Below are positions 1 to 9,169 of a stretch of 64,000 bases of DNA, piece after piece; position 1 is the stretch's first letter; every line of letters begins with the position of its first letter. The notes under the pieces were generated by a model. The model was not told where the DNA came from, did no database searches, and saw nothing but the letters and a program-made list of their open reading frames with translations. The stretch is from Thermoplasmatota archaeon (GTDB taxonomy: Archaea; Thermoplasmatota; Penumbrarchaeia; Penumbrarchaeales; Penumbrarchaeaceae): NCBI GenBank assembly GCA_029762535.1, contig JARVGK010000009.1, forward strand, positions 32,001-96,000, given 5' to 3'. The translations under genes were made by a program, and so were the position numbers.

Positions 1-1
1 T

Positions 2-127
2 GGACATTGCAATGATTTCGCCAGACCGATCGTGACGGAGATCGCCCCCGCCGGCCCCTTCTACAGGGCCGAAGAGTATCACCAGAGGTACCTGGCGAAA
101 AATGGGATGGCCCATTGCAGGATATGA
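2..127 (+). CDS. msrA: Peptide methionine sulfoxide reductase A, C-terminal fragment (truncated by window start)
   Basis: My translation of frame 2 reads ...[34 protein letters not shown], containing the MsrA FYxAEEYHQxY motif and a resolving Cys. Confidence 0.9.
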   Translation, partial: GHCNDFARPIVTEIAPAGPFYRAEEYHQRYLAKNGMAHCRI

Positions 128-166
128 TGGCGAACAGTTATCTCTCCGACGGGATATCAACGTTCG

Positions 167-1732
167 ATGAGCAAGAGGTCGGTGGACATAGTCCTCATCA
201 CAGGCGAATACCACGATGACCACCCGCTGTCTCCCTCCGGGATGATAAGCCGTGTGCTCCTTGACGCGGGTTATTCGGTAGGGATCGTCGAGAAACCGAC
301 GCAAGACCCGGATTATAAGACGTTCGGAGAACCAAAGCTATTCTTCGGGGTCACCTCCGGGTCCATCGACAGCATGCTGTCGAACTACACACCCATGAAG
401 AGGAGGCGGTTCCCCGAGGGGCATCCTCTACTGATGCCGGACAGAGCCGTGATCCGTTACTGCAACGACCTGAGGAGGCTGTTCAAGGGATGCAGGATCG
501 TTATAGGGGGCATAGAAGCGTCCCTGCGCAGGTTCGCTCATTACGATTACTGGGATAACGATCTCAGAAGGAGCATCCTTCTGGATTCGAAGGCGGACCT
601 TCTCGTTTACGGCAACGGTGAGAAGCAGGTCATCGAAGCTGCTGGGAGGGCGGGATCTGATGATGGCTTCGAGGGTATCGAGGGGACATGTATTAGATCT
701 GCCGAGAAACCCCCGGGTTTTTCGGAGGTCCCATCGTTCGAGGATGTGAGCGCGGACAACGCCGCGTTCTGTTCGATGCAGAGGGAATTCAGCAACGATA
801 AGGACCTCGCGCAGTTCACCGGCGGGACATACGTGCTGCAATACAGATACCCCAGATACTCGCCATCGGACCTGGACCGCTACTTTTCGCTTCCTTTTTC
901 AAGACGCCTCAACCCCCGTTCGGCCCTTTCCATGGCGCGGTTCTCGGTCGTGACCCACAGGGGCTGCTTCGGCGGATGCGGTTTCTGCTCCATCGCACTT
1001 CATCAGGGGCCGAGGGTCATATCCCGGTCGGAGGATTCGATAATAGCGGAGATCGGATCGCTTACCAGGCATCCGGACTTCAAGGGATACATCGACGATC
1101 TCGGCGGCCCTTCCGCGAACATGTATGGAATGGACCGGGAGGAGGGATATGGTTGTCCGGGTTCGATCAAGAAATTGGACCATTCCCGCGCCATATCGCT
1201 GCTCAGACGGGCAAGGGAGGTACCGGGCGTCAAGAAGGTCTTCGTACGGAGCGGAATAAGGTACGACATCGCTTTGAGCTCGGAGGAATACATCAGGGAG
1301 ATCTCGACTCATCATATATCCGGGACGCTCAAGATAGCCCCTGAGCACATCGACCCAGAGGTCCTTTCCCTGATGCGAAAGCCTGGCTCGAAGTTCAGAG
1401 AGTTCGTTGATCTTTTCAACAGGTTGAACGAGGGGACGGGACAGACCCTGAGATACTATCTCATGATAGGGCATCCCGGCGACGATGTTCAAAAGGTTCG
1501 TAAGCTCTCATATGAGGCCGACCGGCTCGGGAACATAGAGCAGTTCCAGCTGTTCACTCCAACGCCCATGTCATTATCCTCATGCATATACTGGACCGGG
1601 CTCGATCCCATCACAATGAAGGGGGTCATGGTCGTAAGGGACTACCGCACAAAGAAGGAGATGAAGGAGGAAATGCTCCGCTCGATAGGGAGGTCCCGCA
1701 GAACCGGGCGATCTCGCGGCACCTCTTCCTGA
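167..1732 (+). CDS. ygiQ: YgiQ/UPF0313 family radical SAM protein
   Basis: CFGGCGFC radical SAM motif; GGIEASLRRFAHYDYW, DLGGPSANMYG and LKIAPEH family motifs. Confidence 0.9.
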   Translation: MSKRSVDIVLITGEYHDDHPLSPSGMISRVLLDAGYSVGIVEKPTQDPDYKTFGEPKLFFGVTSGSIDSMLSNYTPMKRRRFPEGHPLLMPDRAVIRYCNDLRRLFKGCRIVIGGIEASLRRFAHYDYWDNDLRRSILLDSKADLLVYGNGEKQVIEAAGRAGSDDGFEGIEGTCIRSAEKPPGFSEVPSFEDVSADNAAFCSMQREFSNDKDLAQFTGGTYVLQYRYPRYSPSDLDRYFSLPFSRRLNPRSALSMARFSVVTHRGCFGGCGFCSIALHQGPRVISRSEDSIIAEIGSLTRHPDFKGYIDDLGGPSANMYGMDREEGYGCPGSIKKLDHSRAISLLRRAREVPGVKKVFVRSGIRYDIALSSEEYIREISTHHISGTLKIAPEHIDPEVLSLMRKPGSKFREFVDLFNRLNEGTGQTLRYYLMIGHPGDDVQKVRKLSYEADRLGNIEQFQLFTPTPMSLSSCIYWTGLDPITMKGVMVVRDYRTKKEMKEEMLRSIGRSRRTGRSRGTSS

Positions 1733-2552
1733 TGGTGACCTGGGTAATTCCGGTGTATTCCTCGACCTCGGACTGGGTCCTTGTCTGTCCGGTCAGGCCC
1801 GAGGCCAGATATATGGCCGCGGCGGCGAGCCCTGAGGGGTCCTTTCCGGCGAAGTTCTTTTCAGCGTCGGCATCTTCGATTATGAGCATCGCCCGCCTGG
1901 AGGTTTCGACCGATAGCTGTAGCCTGGAGCAGAACCGGTCCACGAATTCCGCCGGCCCCACAGGTGGCAGCTGCAATGAAAGCTCCCTGATAAGGCGCAT
2001 CTCCATTCGTCCCAGCTGCCTTCGGTCGAGACCGGTCGCCGAGGCGATCTCGTTAAGCGTCCTGGGCTGTCGGCATATCCTGCAGGAGCAGTAGATTATA
2101 GCGGCCGAAAGCAGGTCCATCGACCTGCCAAGAGTGAAACCCTTATCGAGGGCATCGATGTAGAGATCGTGTCCCGTATCCTTCACGGTCGATGTGAGGT
2201 CCATCACCTGGCATATCCTATCGATCTCGCCCAGGGCCGAGCGCATGTTCCTGTGGGGGGACCTATATCCCGACATCCTCCTCTGCCATTTGCGTATCCT
2301 GAACATCTGGGACCTGGTCGCCAAGGAGACGGGCCTGCCATAATGGTCGCGGTCCCCGGGCGATATCTCGGTATGAAGGCGTTCGGCCCCTCTCCCCCTC
2401 TCGAGGATGGTGGGGCCTAATGAGGAGATCCCAGAATCGGAAAGGACCATGCCACAGTCCTCGCATACGACCTCTCCCCGGATCTGGTCCTCCCTGATGT
2501 TCTCGGACCTGCATTCGGGGCATGTTCCGGACCCCATGTTCGATACCGGCAT
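1626..2552 (-). CDS. tfb: Transcription initiation factor IIB (divergent paralog)
   Basis: Zn ribbon CPEC...CEDC, two cyclin folds, C-terminal HTH TQSEVEEYTGITQVTIRKR; start chosen at MPVSNMG. Confidence 0.88.
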   Translation of the reverse strand: MPVSNMGSGTCPECRSENIREDQIRGEVVCEDCGMVLSDSGISSLGPTILERGRGAERLHTEISPGDRDHYGRPVSLATRSQMFRIRKWQRRMSGYRSPHRNMRSALGEIDRICQVMDLTSTVKDTGHDLYIDALDKGFTLGRSMDLLSAAIIYCSCRICRQPRTLNEIASATGLDRRQLGRMEMRLIRELSLQLPPVGPAEFVDRFCSRLQLSVETSRRAMLIIEDADAEKNFAGKDPSGLAAAAIYLASGLTGQTRTQSEVEEYTGITQVTIRKRCREIARFCGTSLSSGAFPPSSPSLCGSPLRP

Positions 2553-2745
2553 TCCAAAGCCTCCCGTATGTATAGAGCCCGAGCTAACCCTTCGGCCGGG
2601 CCGCCAACCACACATCGGATAGGATCGGCCCACCTAAGAGTAGGCTGACCTTCCTGCCCGATATCGCATCCGCTAGGGGGATATAAAAGCGTTTTGCGTC
2701 CATGTGAAGGAAACCGCCTTGGGCAACGTTCTAGGAAGGATACGA

Positions 2746-3915
2746 TCATTGTTGGTCCGTCGCTTCCGTCAGCAGGGTTACGTTCGACCTGGTGAAAAAA
2801 CCGTCGAAGTCCCCGTACCTGTGTATGTATTCGTTGACCAGGAGCGTGTTCTTCGAAGGGACGGTGAAGGTCTGTTTGAGCCCTTCCTTGGGCGATCCGA
2901 TGAGGTCTATGAGGAATCCCTGTGCTCTTTCCTTGAGTTCGATGAAGGCATCCTCGATATTAGGCGTGTCGAACGCTATATGGTGCACCCTCTTGCCGTA
3001 ATTGTATACGAACTTCTCGGTGGGTCCGGAGGAGGAGAGGTCCCTGAAGGGGGAGATCCCCGATGTGAAGACCTGAGCATACCTGCCGCCAGATATCCTG
3101 GCGACGTTCGTGATGGAGTTCATCATCTTGACGTAGATGGCGAAATCGAAGTCGTATTCCGTGAGCTCCATGAACTCTATTATGGCCGGGTCCCGGTGTT
3201 CGGCATGTACCCTGGTCGCGGCATGGTCCAGTCCACCCACCTTCCTTATGGCCGGTAGGTCGGGCTCGTCAAAGGACCACTCGAGGGCCGTATCGTCCGA
3301 GGAAATGTAATCGCCTCTATTCTGATGCCATTGTATGAACCCGATCGAATTGCCCGTGTAGCTCGAAGGCACAGTCTGGATGAAGGAGTAATTGTCCTTG
3401 CGTACGATATCCTCCGTCATGAAATGGACACCTCTTCCATTCTGTATCTCAAAGTACCTGTCGATATCTTTCACGCCGAACACGAACGTCTCCAGCCTCG
3501 TGTTTGGAAGGTGCTGGCTTTTAGGATGGATGTTGTTAGGGAGGAACGGGTTCCCGCCTCCTTTTCTGCTCCTTATAATGAAATCGGCGGATCCCTGCCT
3601 TCTCATGACCGCAGTCCTGTGATCCGGCTCAACGAAGGATCCGCAAAGGCTTAGCCCTGTATTCCCCATCAGTTCGGAAATGGCAGGCTTTTGCCTTTCC
3701 TCCTCAGTATTTATTATAACGCATTCGAGATCGCCTACGAGCCCCGTCAGTCCAGTTTGCTTTCGGGATTCCTTTATGATGCCCATGACGCGTCTGAGGG
3801 CCTCATCGGTGTTCTGGAAAACGACATTGTCGATATTCTTTTTCTGAAGGATCTCGTCGATGTCGCATGAGATGATGTGGTCCTCCATGAGATCGTCGCA
3901 GATCGAACGCTCCAT
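2746..3915 (-). CDS. VOC-superfamily protein, 4-hydroxyphenylpyruvate dioxygenase-like
   Basis: His/His/Glu triad in LDHAA, VHHIAF and NEYIHR; C-terminal LKQTFT...GFF..SN resembles HPPD LLQIFT...GFG.GN. Confidence 0.65.
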   Translation of the reverse strand: MERSICDDLMEDHIISCDIDEILQKKNIDNVVFQNTDEALRRVMGIIKESRKQTGLTGLVGDLECVIINTEEERQKPAISELMGNTGLSLCGSFVEPDHRTAVMRRQGSADFIIRSRKGGGNPFLPNNIHPKSQHLPNTRLETFVFGVKDIDRYFEIQNGRGVHFMTEDIVRKDNYSFIQTVPSSYTGNSIGFIQWHQNRGDYISSDDTALEWSFDEPDLPAIRKVGGLDHAATRVHAEHRDPAIIEFMELTEYDFDFAIYVKMMNSITNVARISGGRYAQVFTSGISPFRDLSSSGPTEKFVYNYGKRVHHIAFDTPNIEDAFIELKERAQGFLIDLIGSPKEGLKQTFTVPSKNTLLVNEYIHRYGDFDGFFTRSNVTLLTEATDQQ

Positions 3916-3987
3916 TTTATCACCGCTTCCCCCCCTTAAATGTGGGGTTCGTATTAAGATTTGGCTGAAAAATGGATGCGCGAACTC

Positions 3988-4530
3988 TCAGCGGTGTAAC
4001 TCCTCGAACGTGGAGAGGAACCCGTCAACGACGGATGCATGTTCGAGCTTTCCCCTCATCATCAGCCACATGATCTCTTTGGGATCGGACAGCCTGAAGC
4101 CCTTGCCGCCCTCGTCCCTGTATCTCATCACGATGCCGGAGACCCTCAATCTGGCAAGGTGATAAGACAGGGTGGACCCGCTCACATCGAGCTCCTCCAG
4201 TAGCTGCTTGTGGCTCATCATCTCCTTTTCCAGCAGCAGTGAGACGATCCTTACAGGGACCACCTGCCGCAGCAGATGGAGCATGCCCCTGTGCCTGGAT
4301 GAGAACGCCGTCATCCCTTCACCCGGCCCGTCGGCCGGAAAGAACCTCCTGTATCCGTCCTGCCGGACCTCAACGATGAGGCCCTTGTCGAGGAGGGCCC
4401 TTGCATGGTATTCGACCAGAGAGGCCTTCAGGGATAGCCTCCTCGATATCTCCCTCAGATGCAGCCCGGGATTGGCGGTTATGGCCTCGAATATGGCCCT
4501 CCTCGTCTCCACATCGAGAACGCCGCTCAT
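3988..4530 (-). CDS. Tandem winged-HTH transcriptional regulator
   Basis: RRAIFEAITANPGLHLREISRRL...EYH and second HTH SHKQLLEELDVSGSTLSYHL. Confidence 0.85.
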   Translation of the reverse strand: MSGVLDVETRRAIFEAITANPGLHLREISRRLSLKASLVEYHARALLDKGLIVEVRQDGYRRFFPADGPGEGMTAFSSRHRGMLHLLRQVVPVRIVSLLLEKEMMSHKQLLEELDVSGSTLSYHLARLRVSGIVMRYRDEGGKGFRLSDPKEIMWLMMRGKLEHASVVDGFLSTFEELHR

Positions 4531-4797
4531 CTAGACCCTCAAAGTGGAGGCGTAAAGGAGCATCAGCGCGATAGTGTCGATGGCGGTCCCCGCGAGGAGC
4601 AGCTCGAGCATGCCCATAAGGTCTAGAAACAGCACGAGGGTAAGGAGCGCCCCTTTGACGAAGAATAGCAGGAAGGCCCCGGTCAAGATCAGGACCTTCG
4701 AGCTCCTGCTCCTTCTGTAGGCCAGGATGGCTACGAGCAGCAGGACGAAGGACAAAGCGGTGTATGCTGAAAAGAGCAGGTTCTCGATCCCAATCAT
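4531..4797 (-). CDS. Small three-TM membrane protein coupled to the HTH gene
   Basis: Three hydrophobic segments with AYRRSRS loop; abuts the regulator start codon. Confidence 0.75.
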   Translation of the reverse strand: MIGIENLLFSAYTALSFVLLLVAILAYRRSRSSKVLILTGAFLLFFVKGALLTLVLFLDLMGMLELLLAGTAIDTIALMLLYASTLRV

Positions 4798-4828
4798 GTC
4801 TTCACCTCGCGCCGGGCGACGATCTTCA

Positions 4829-6343
4829 TTATCGCACGCTGAACGCCTTTCGCCTCCAGGTGGCGGCGATCAGCAGCGCAACAGCTATGAAAGACATTAA
4901 ATAGATTGCGGGCTCGCCGACGAGACCTCGTTCCGGCTCGGGGAGTTGGATCCCCGGATATAGGGCGTTGTCCTCTATCTCTATGAACCCAAGCTTCGGG
5001 TCGTGGACGATGCTCCTCGCTCGTGGGTAGGAGAAGAGAACCCCTCTGTTCTGGGTGCTCTTTCCTCCATTTTCGTCCCAGTAGCTTCCGTAAACGGAGT
5101 TGAGGACCCTGGCCTTGACCGGGTGGATATCCCCGTCGGCGTAGGAGTGGTTCACCCATGAGAAGAATCCCGAGAAGTTCCCAGTTGTGACGCGGACCTC
5201 CTCCTCGTCCGAGGCCAGTCCGTTGGATTGGTCCCAGGAGGAGTCCATCCTTTTGAAGTCTATGTTCCCGGAATAACTGACATGGGACCCCATGTCCATG
5301 AGGAGGGCGAGCTTCGTCCCCCTTCCGACGAAAGGATACCCGTCTATTAGTATGTCGATCTTCATCGAGGACGGGGATAGATATCCGTTCTCTATCTCGA
5401 TCATATCGCTGGATATCGTGCACCTTATCCCGAAGATATTGTTGTTGTCCCGGACCTCGATGACCATGTCGGGAGCCGAATCGCCGTTAGCCTTCCGGTA
5501 TATCTTCAGGGGCCTGTACCTGGGGGCCGGGTTGGATACTTTGGATCGATCCGGACCCTCTTCGGGATTGATAGGGCCCTCTCCCCTCGTACGATCGGGA
5601 GCGGTCTCATCGTAGGCCGCCTCGTATCCTCGGTAGAAGCCCGAAGCGAAGGCCCTTGCAGCGGCCTCCCTCAGCCAATCCTGGGTCTCAGAGGGGTATG
5701 CTGTGTCGTTGAGCCATTGGGTGAATTGATCTATGTTCCTCTTCATTTCTTCTCGCCCAAGCCTCCGCTCGGCATAGGGATTGTGGTCCGCGCCCTCGTC
5801 GAGGTCCTTGGAGCCAATGCGCTGGCCCAGGGTCCATCCGGCCCCAAAGGCCCTATCGTACATTCTTGCATAATCGATGTCCCAGCTGCCGTTCTCGATG
5901 ATCCTCGCGGAAGGGTCCCATTTGACCCGGTTCCAGTCGTTCGCCTTCCTGAGGTAGTCGCTCTTTAAGGCGGAGGCCGATAGCGGGTAGAACGAGACCA
6001 CCCGGTCCTCGTCCTCATCGTACATGTCGTTCGATCCCGCATCGTTGTATTCTATGAGTGCCAGGAACCTCACGCCCATCCCGAAGCCGTCCCTCTCCTC
6101 GGAGTTGAAGCCGTAGGCGGCCCGGACCTCGAGGTCGTTCAAGGAATTCATCTGGAATTTGAACCAGGGAGCTCCCTCGGTCCTCGAGAAAGAGTTGACG
6201 GAAGCATAGTAGGTGTCCCTTTCCAGATAGAGGGTCCTGGGTGGTGAGGGTTCATCCCTTTGGGCGAGGCCCTCTCCAGTTATCAGGGGGATCCCCGCTA
6301 ACAAGAGGAGGCAGGCGAGTGCCATCAGCGTCTTGGGCGACAT
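4829..6343 (-). CDS. Secreted, C-terminally membrane-anchored protein of unknown function
   Basis: Signal peptide, YP...IVHDP motif before the C-terminal TM and basic tail; GGTGA RBS before ATG 6343. Confidence 0.75.
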   Translation of the reverse strand: MSPKTLMALACLLLLAGIPLITGEGLAQRDEPSPPRTLYLERDTYYASVNSFSRTEGAPWFKFQMNSLNDLEVRAAYGFNSEERDGFGMGVRFLALIEYNDAGSNDMYDEDEDRVVSFYPLSASALKSDYLRKANDWNRVKWDPSARIIENGSWDIDYARMYDRAFGAGWTLGQRIGSKDLDEGADHNPYAERRLGREEMKRNIDQFTQWLNDTAYPSETQDWLREAAARAFASGFYRGYEAAYDETAPDRTRGEGPINPEEGPDRSKVSNPAPRYRPLKIYRKANGDSAPDMVIEVRDNNNIFGIRCTISSDMIEIENGYLSPSSMKIDILIDGYPFVGRGTKLALLMDMGSHVSYSGNIDFKRMDSSWDQSNGLASDEEEVRVTTGNFSGFFSWVNHSYADGDIHPVKARVLNSVYGSYWDENGGKSTQNRGVLFSYPRARSIVHDPKLGFIEIEDNALYPGIQLPEPERGLVGEPAIYLMSFIAVALLIAATWRRKAFSVR

Positions 6344-6373
6344 TCTCTCACCGTTCAAGTCTTTCTATCTTCA

Positions 6374-7597
6374 TCAGTCGTTGATTTTCCTGTAAGTCGC
6401 GAAGGATGCGATCCCCAGAAGGACGGCGATCAATATTAGCGCCGCAATGGCGGTCATGGTGGCCGTTGTGAGCCCCGAGGACCCCTTTTCCTGTGCGGGG
6501 GTATCGACCTCATCGAGGGTCATTTCTTCCTCGACCAATTCCGCTTCGGGCTCGTAGGTCACATCATCGTTGCCGATTTCTGGGCGGGGATCCGGCCTCT
6601 TCTCTGGAGGGGCCTCCCTCTCGGGCCTGGCGTTATCCCCCCCCTCATTGTCATCCTTCATTCCATCGCGATCCCCGGAAGCGTTCCCCCTTATATATTT
6701 GGCGACGAGCGTCATTGCATAAGCGAACTCCCTTCTTGAGAGCTGCCCGTCCCCGTCCTTATCTGCAGCGTTGAAGATCCTCTTGACGACATCAGTGTCG
6801 TCGATCTTCTTCTCAATGAATGCGTTGAACTCCCTGAGGGAGATCGATCCGTCCCCGTCCTTATCGGGTCCGCAGTCCTTATCCTCTTTCTGTGACCTTA
6901 TATATTTGGCGACGAGCGTCATTGCGTAAGCGAACTCCCTTCTTGAGAGCTGTCCATCTCCATCTTTGTCCGCTGCATTGAAGATCCTCTTGACGACATC
7001 CGTGTCGTCGATCTTCTTCTCAATGAATGCGTTGAACTCCCTGAGGGAGATCGATCCGTCCCCGTCCTTATCGGGTCCGCAGTCCTTATCCTCTTTCTGT
7101 GACCTTATATATTTGGCGACAAGTGTCATGGCGTAAGCGAACTCCCTTCTTGAGAGCTGTCCGTCCCCGTCCTTGTCTGCAACGTTGAAGATCCTCTTGA
7201 CGACATCCGTATCGTCGATCTTCTTCTCAATGAATGCGTTGAACTCCCTGAGGGAGATCGATCCGTCCCCGTCCTTATCCGGTCCGTTATTCTCTTTCTG
7301 GTTCTGGGACCTTATATATTTGGCGACAAGCGTCATAGCGTAAGCGAACTCCCTTCTTGAGAGCTGTCCGTCCCCGTCCTTGTCTGCAACGTTGAAGATC
7401 CTCTTTACCGCCTCATCATCCATTCTTCCGTTTATGAACGCATGGAATTCTCTAAGGGAGAGGCCTCTGTCGTCGTTCTCTTCAGGTTCGTCGGTCTCCA
7501 CCGGTTCCCGATCAGTGGTGGCAAGGGCCACCGGCAGCGCTGCGAGGAACATCAGGACCGTCACGATCCCGAACATGGTCATGAGTTTCGTTTTCAC
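6374..7597 (-). CDS. Membrane-anchored extracellular EF-hand repeat protein
   Basis: Signal peptide; seven canonical EF-hand loops (4x DKDGDGQLSRRE, 3x DKDGDGSISLRE); C-terminal TM; GGTGA RBS before GTG 7597. Confidence 0.85.
   Translation of the reverse strand: MKTKLMTMFGIVTVLMFLAALPVALATTDREPVETDEPEENDDRGLSLREFHAFINGRMDDEAVKRIFNVADKDGDGQLSRREFAYAMTLVAKYIRSQNQKENNGPDKDGDGSISLREFNAFIEKKIDDTDVVKRIFNVADKDGDGQLSRREFAYAMTLVAKYIRSQKEDKDCGPDKDGDGSISLREFNAFIEKKIDDTDVVKRIFNAADKDGDGQLSRREFAYAMTLVAKYIRSQKEDKDCGPDKDGDGSISLREFNAFIEKKIDDTDVVKRIFNAADKDGDGQLSRREFAYAMTLVAKYIRGNASGDRDGMKDDNEGGDNARPEREAPPEKRPDPRPEIGNDDVTYEPEAELVEEEMTLDEVDTPAQEKGSSGLTTATMTAIAALILIAVLLGIASFATYRKIND
6689..7465 (-). repeat. Intragenic tandem repeat, 207-bp (69-aa) unit, about 3.7 copies
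   Basis: ccttatatatttggcgac recurs at 6689, 6896, 7103 and 7310. Confidence 0.95.
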
Positions 7598-7687
7598 AAG
7601 ATCACCTTGAGTGGTCATCGGACATGTGCATATATATCAGTTATTGGACGGCCTTCGAAGGATTTAACAGCTTTCGAACAAAAATGA

Positions 7688-8344
7688 TCAGTGTCCAACT
7701 ATGAATATCCGTATCATGAGGAAGAAGACCGCCTGTGCTGCGAGGTAGTGTATCAGAAGGTCGTTCTTCGTTCTCAGCTTGAGAAGGCCGAAGGACAGGG
7801 CCATTACAGAGGCTATGACGAACCATGCGATGTAGTTCTGCAGGGGGATATAGCCCACGTCCCATGTCCAGTAATCAAAGTGGATCGCGACCGGCTCCAA
7901 AATGTAATCGAACAGGAAGGCGACCGCTCCCGAAAGAAGCGACACGAGGATCAATTTCTTGGTCAGAAGGTTGGAGGCCTTCAAGCTGCCGAGTATGACC
8001 AGGGTCCAATTGAACCCGATCACGACGGGAACGGCGAAGAGCGAGAGGCCCAGCGTCGGACCGTATTCGTAGGCCCCGAACACGGCTCCCGTCTCCACTC
8101 CCAGCACCTCGAGGGAGAAGGTTATCGCATAGATAATGAGAGCCCAGATAAGTACCTTCCAGTTCCTCTCGCGGATGGTGGGTATAAGAACGAATATGCC
8201 CATGAGGAAAAGGAACGGAGGCGTAATCGTTAGCATGAGGTCCCTGGTAGCCTCCAAGAGGTGCCCTAGGAAGCCCACTGAGAACATAATGTATATTATG
8301 TAGGGGGCGACCTTTTCGAACGTTAGGTCCTTGACATCGATCAT
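7688..8344 (-). CDS. cruF: Carotenoid 1,2-hydratase, CruF family
   Basis: Multi-TM; EVLGVETGAVFGAYEYG, FDYILEPVA and IPLQNYIAW motifs; lies within the crt cluster. Confidence 0.85.
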   Translation of the reverse strand: MIDVKDLTFEKVAPYIIYIMFSVGFLGHLLEATRDLMLTITPPFLFLMGIFVLIPTIRERNWKVLIWALIIYAITFSLEVLGVETGAVFGAYEYGPTLGLSLFAVPVVIGFNWTLVILGSLKASNLLTKKLILVSLLSGAVAFLFDYILEPVAIHFDYWTWDVGYIPLQNYIAWFVIASVMALSFGLLKLRTKNDLLIHYLAAQAVFFLMIRIFIVGH

Positions 8345-9169
8345 TTAAAGCACCACGTGTTTCCTTGCCACGTTGAGGAATATCCTCGCCTTTGAGGGTT
8401 TCACCTTCTTCTTGTAAACGATGAAGGGATCCCTTCTAATAATATCCGCCGTCCAGTTGTACATGTCGGAGGCCGATGATATGGGTATGAGGTACATCTT
8501 TGGGATCGCGGAATATCCCTCTTCGGCATGCAGCTGCCACTTCCTGTAGCGGTCCACCTGGGCCTGCATGAACTCGAGGAACCCCCTCCTGTTAGAATAG
8601 GCGCTGTCCTTGGAGAGGTCGCTAAGGCCATGCTCCTCCAATTCATGGAACGGGAAGTATATACGACCCAGCTTGTCGTCCTCGTTGATATCGCGTATGA
8701 AATTGATGTACTGCATGGCCTTACCCAGGGACCTCGCATGGGAATCGAAGGATCGGTCCAGATCGAGTATCCTCGACATCATCAATCCGATGACCTCGGC
8801 CGATCCGTATATGTAAATCATGGTCTGGCCTATGTCCTCGTACCTGTTCTTCGTCAGGTCCATGGACATGGATTCCAGGAAGCCGTCTATCCAGCTCTTC
8901 TCGAACCCCTTTCTATGAGCGAGTTCGGTGAAATGATCGATGGTCACGTCCCCGGTATTCTCCCCATTGTAAGACCTTTCGTAGCGGTCGCAGAAGGATT
9001 TGAACTCCGCGCCCTTCTGCGGTATGGAGTCCACCAGGTTGTCCGCCTGCCTTACGAAGGAATAGAGAGAGAACACATCCCTTTTAACAGGCCTTGGAAA
9101 GAATATCGAGTTGTAGAAATAGGTCTTTGAACCGCGTTTGAACGTCTCGTATATCTCCTTCTCGATCAT
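8345..9169 (-). CDS. crtB: Phytoene synthase
   Basis: GSKTY, LYSFVRQADNLVD, YIYGSAEVIGLM and NFIRDINED..LGRIY motifs. Confidence 0.93.
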   Translation of the reverse strand: MIEKEIYETFKRGSKTYFYNSIFFPRPVKRDVFSLYSFVRQADNLVDSIPQKGAEFKSFCDRYERSYNGENTGDVTIDHFTELAHRKGFEKSWIDGFLESMSMDLTKNRYEDIGQTMIYIYGSAEVIGLMMSRILDLDRSFDSHARSLGKAMQYINFIRDINEDDKLGRIYFPFHELEEHGLSDLSKDSAYSNRRGFLEFMQAQVDRYRKWQLHAEEGYSAIPKMYLIPISSASDMYNWTADIIRRDPFIVYKKKVKPSKARIFLNVARKHVVL

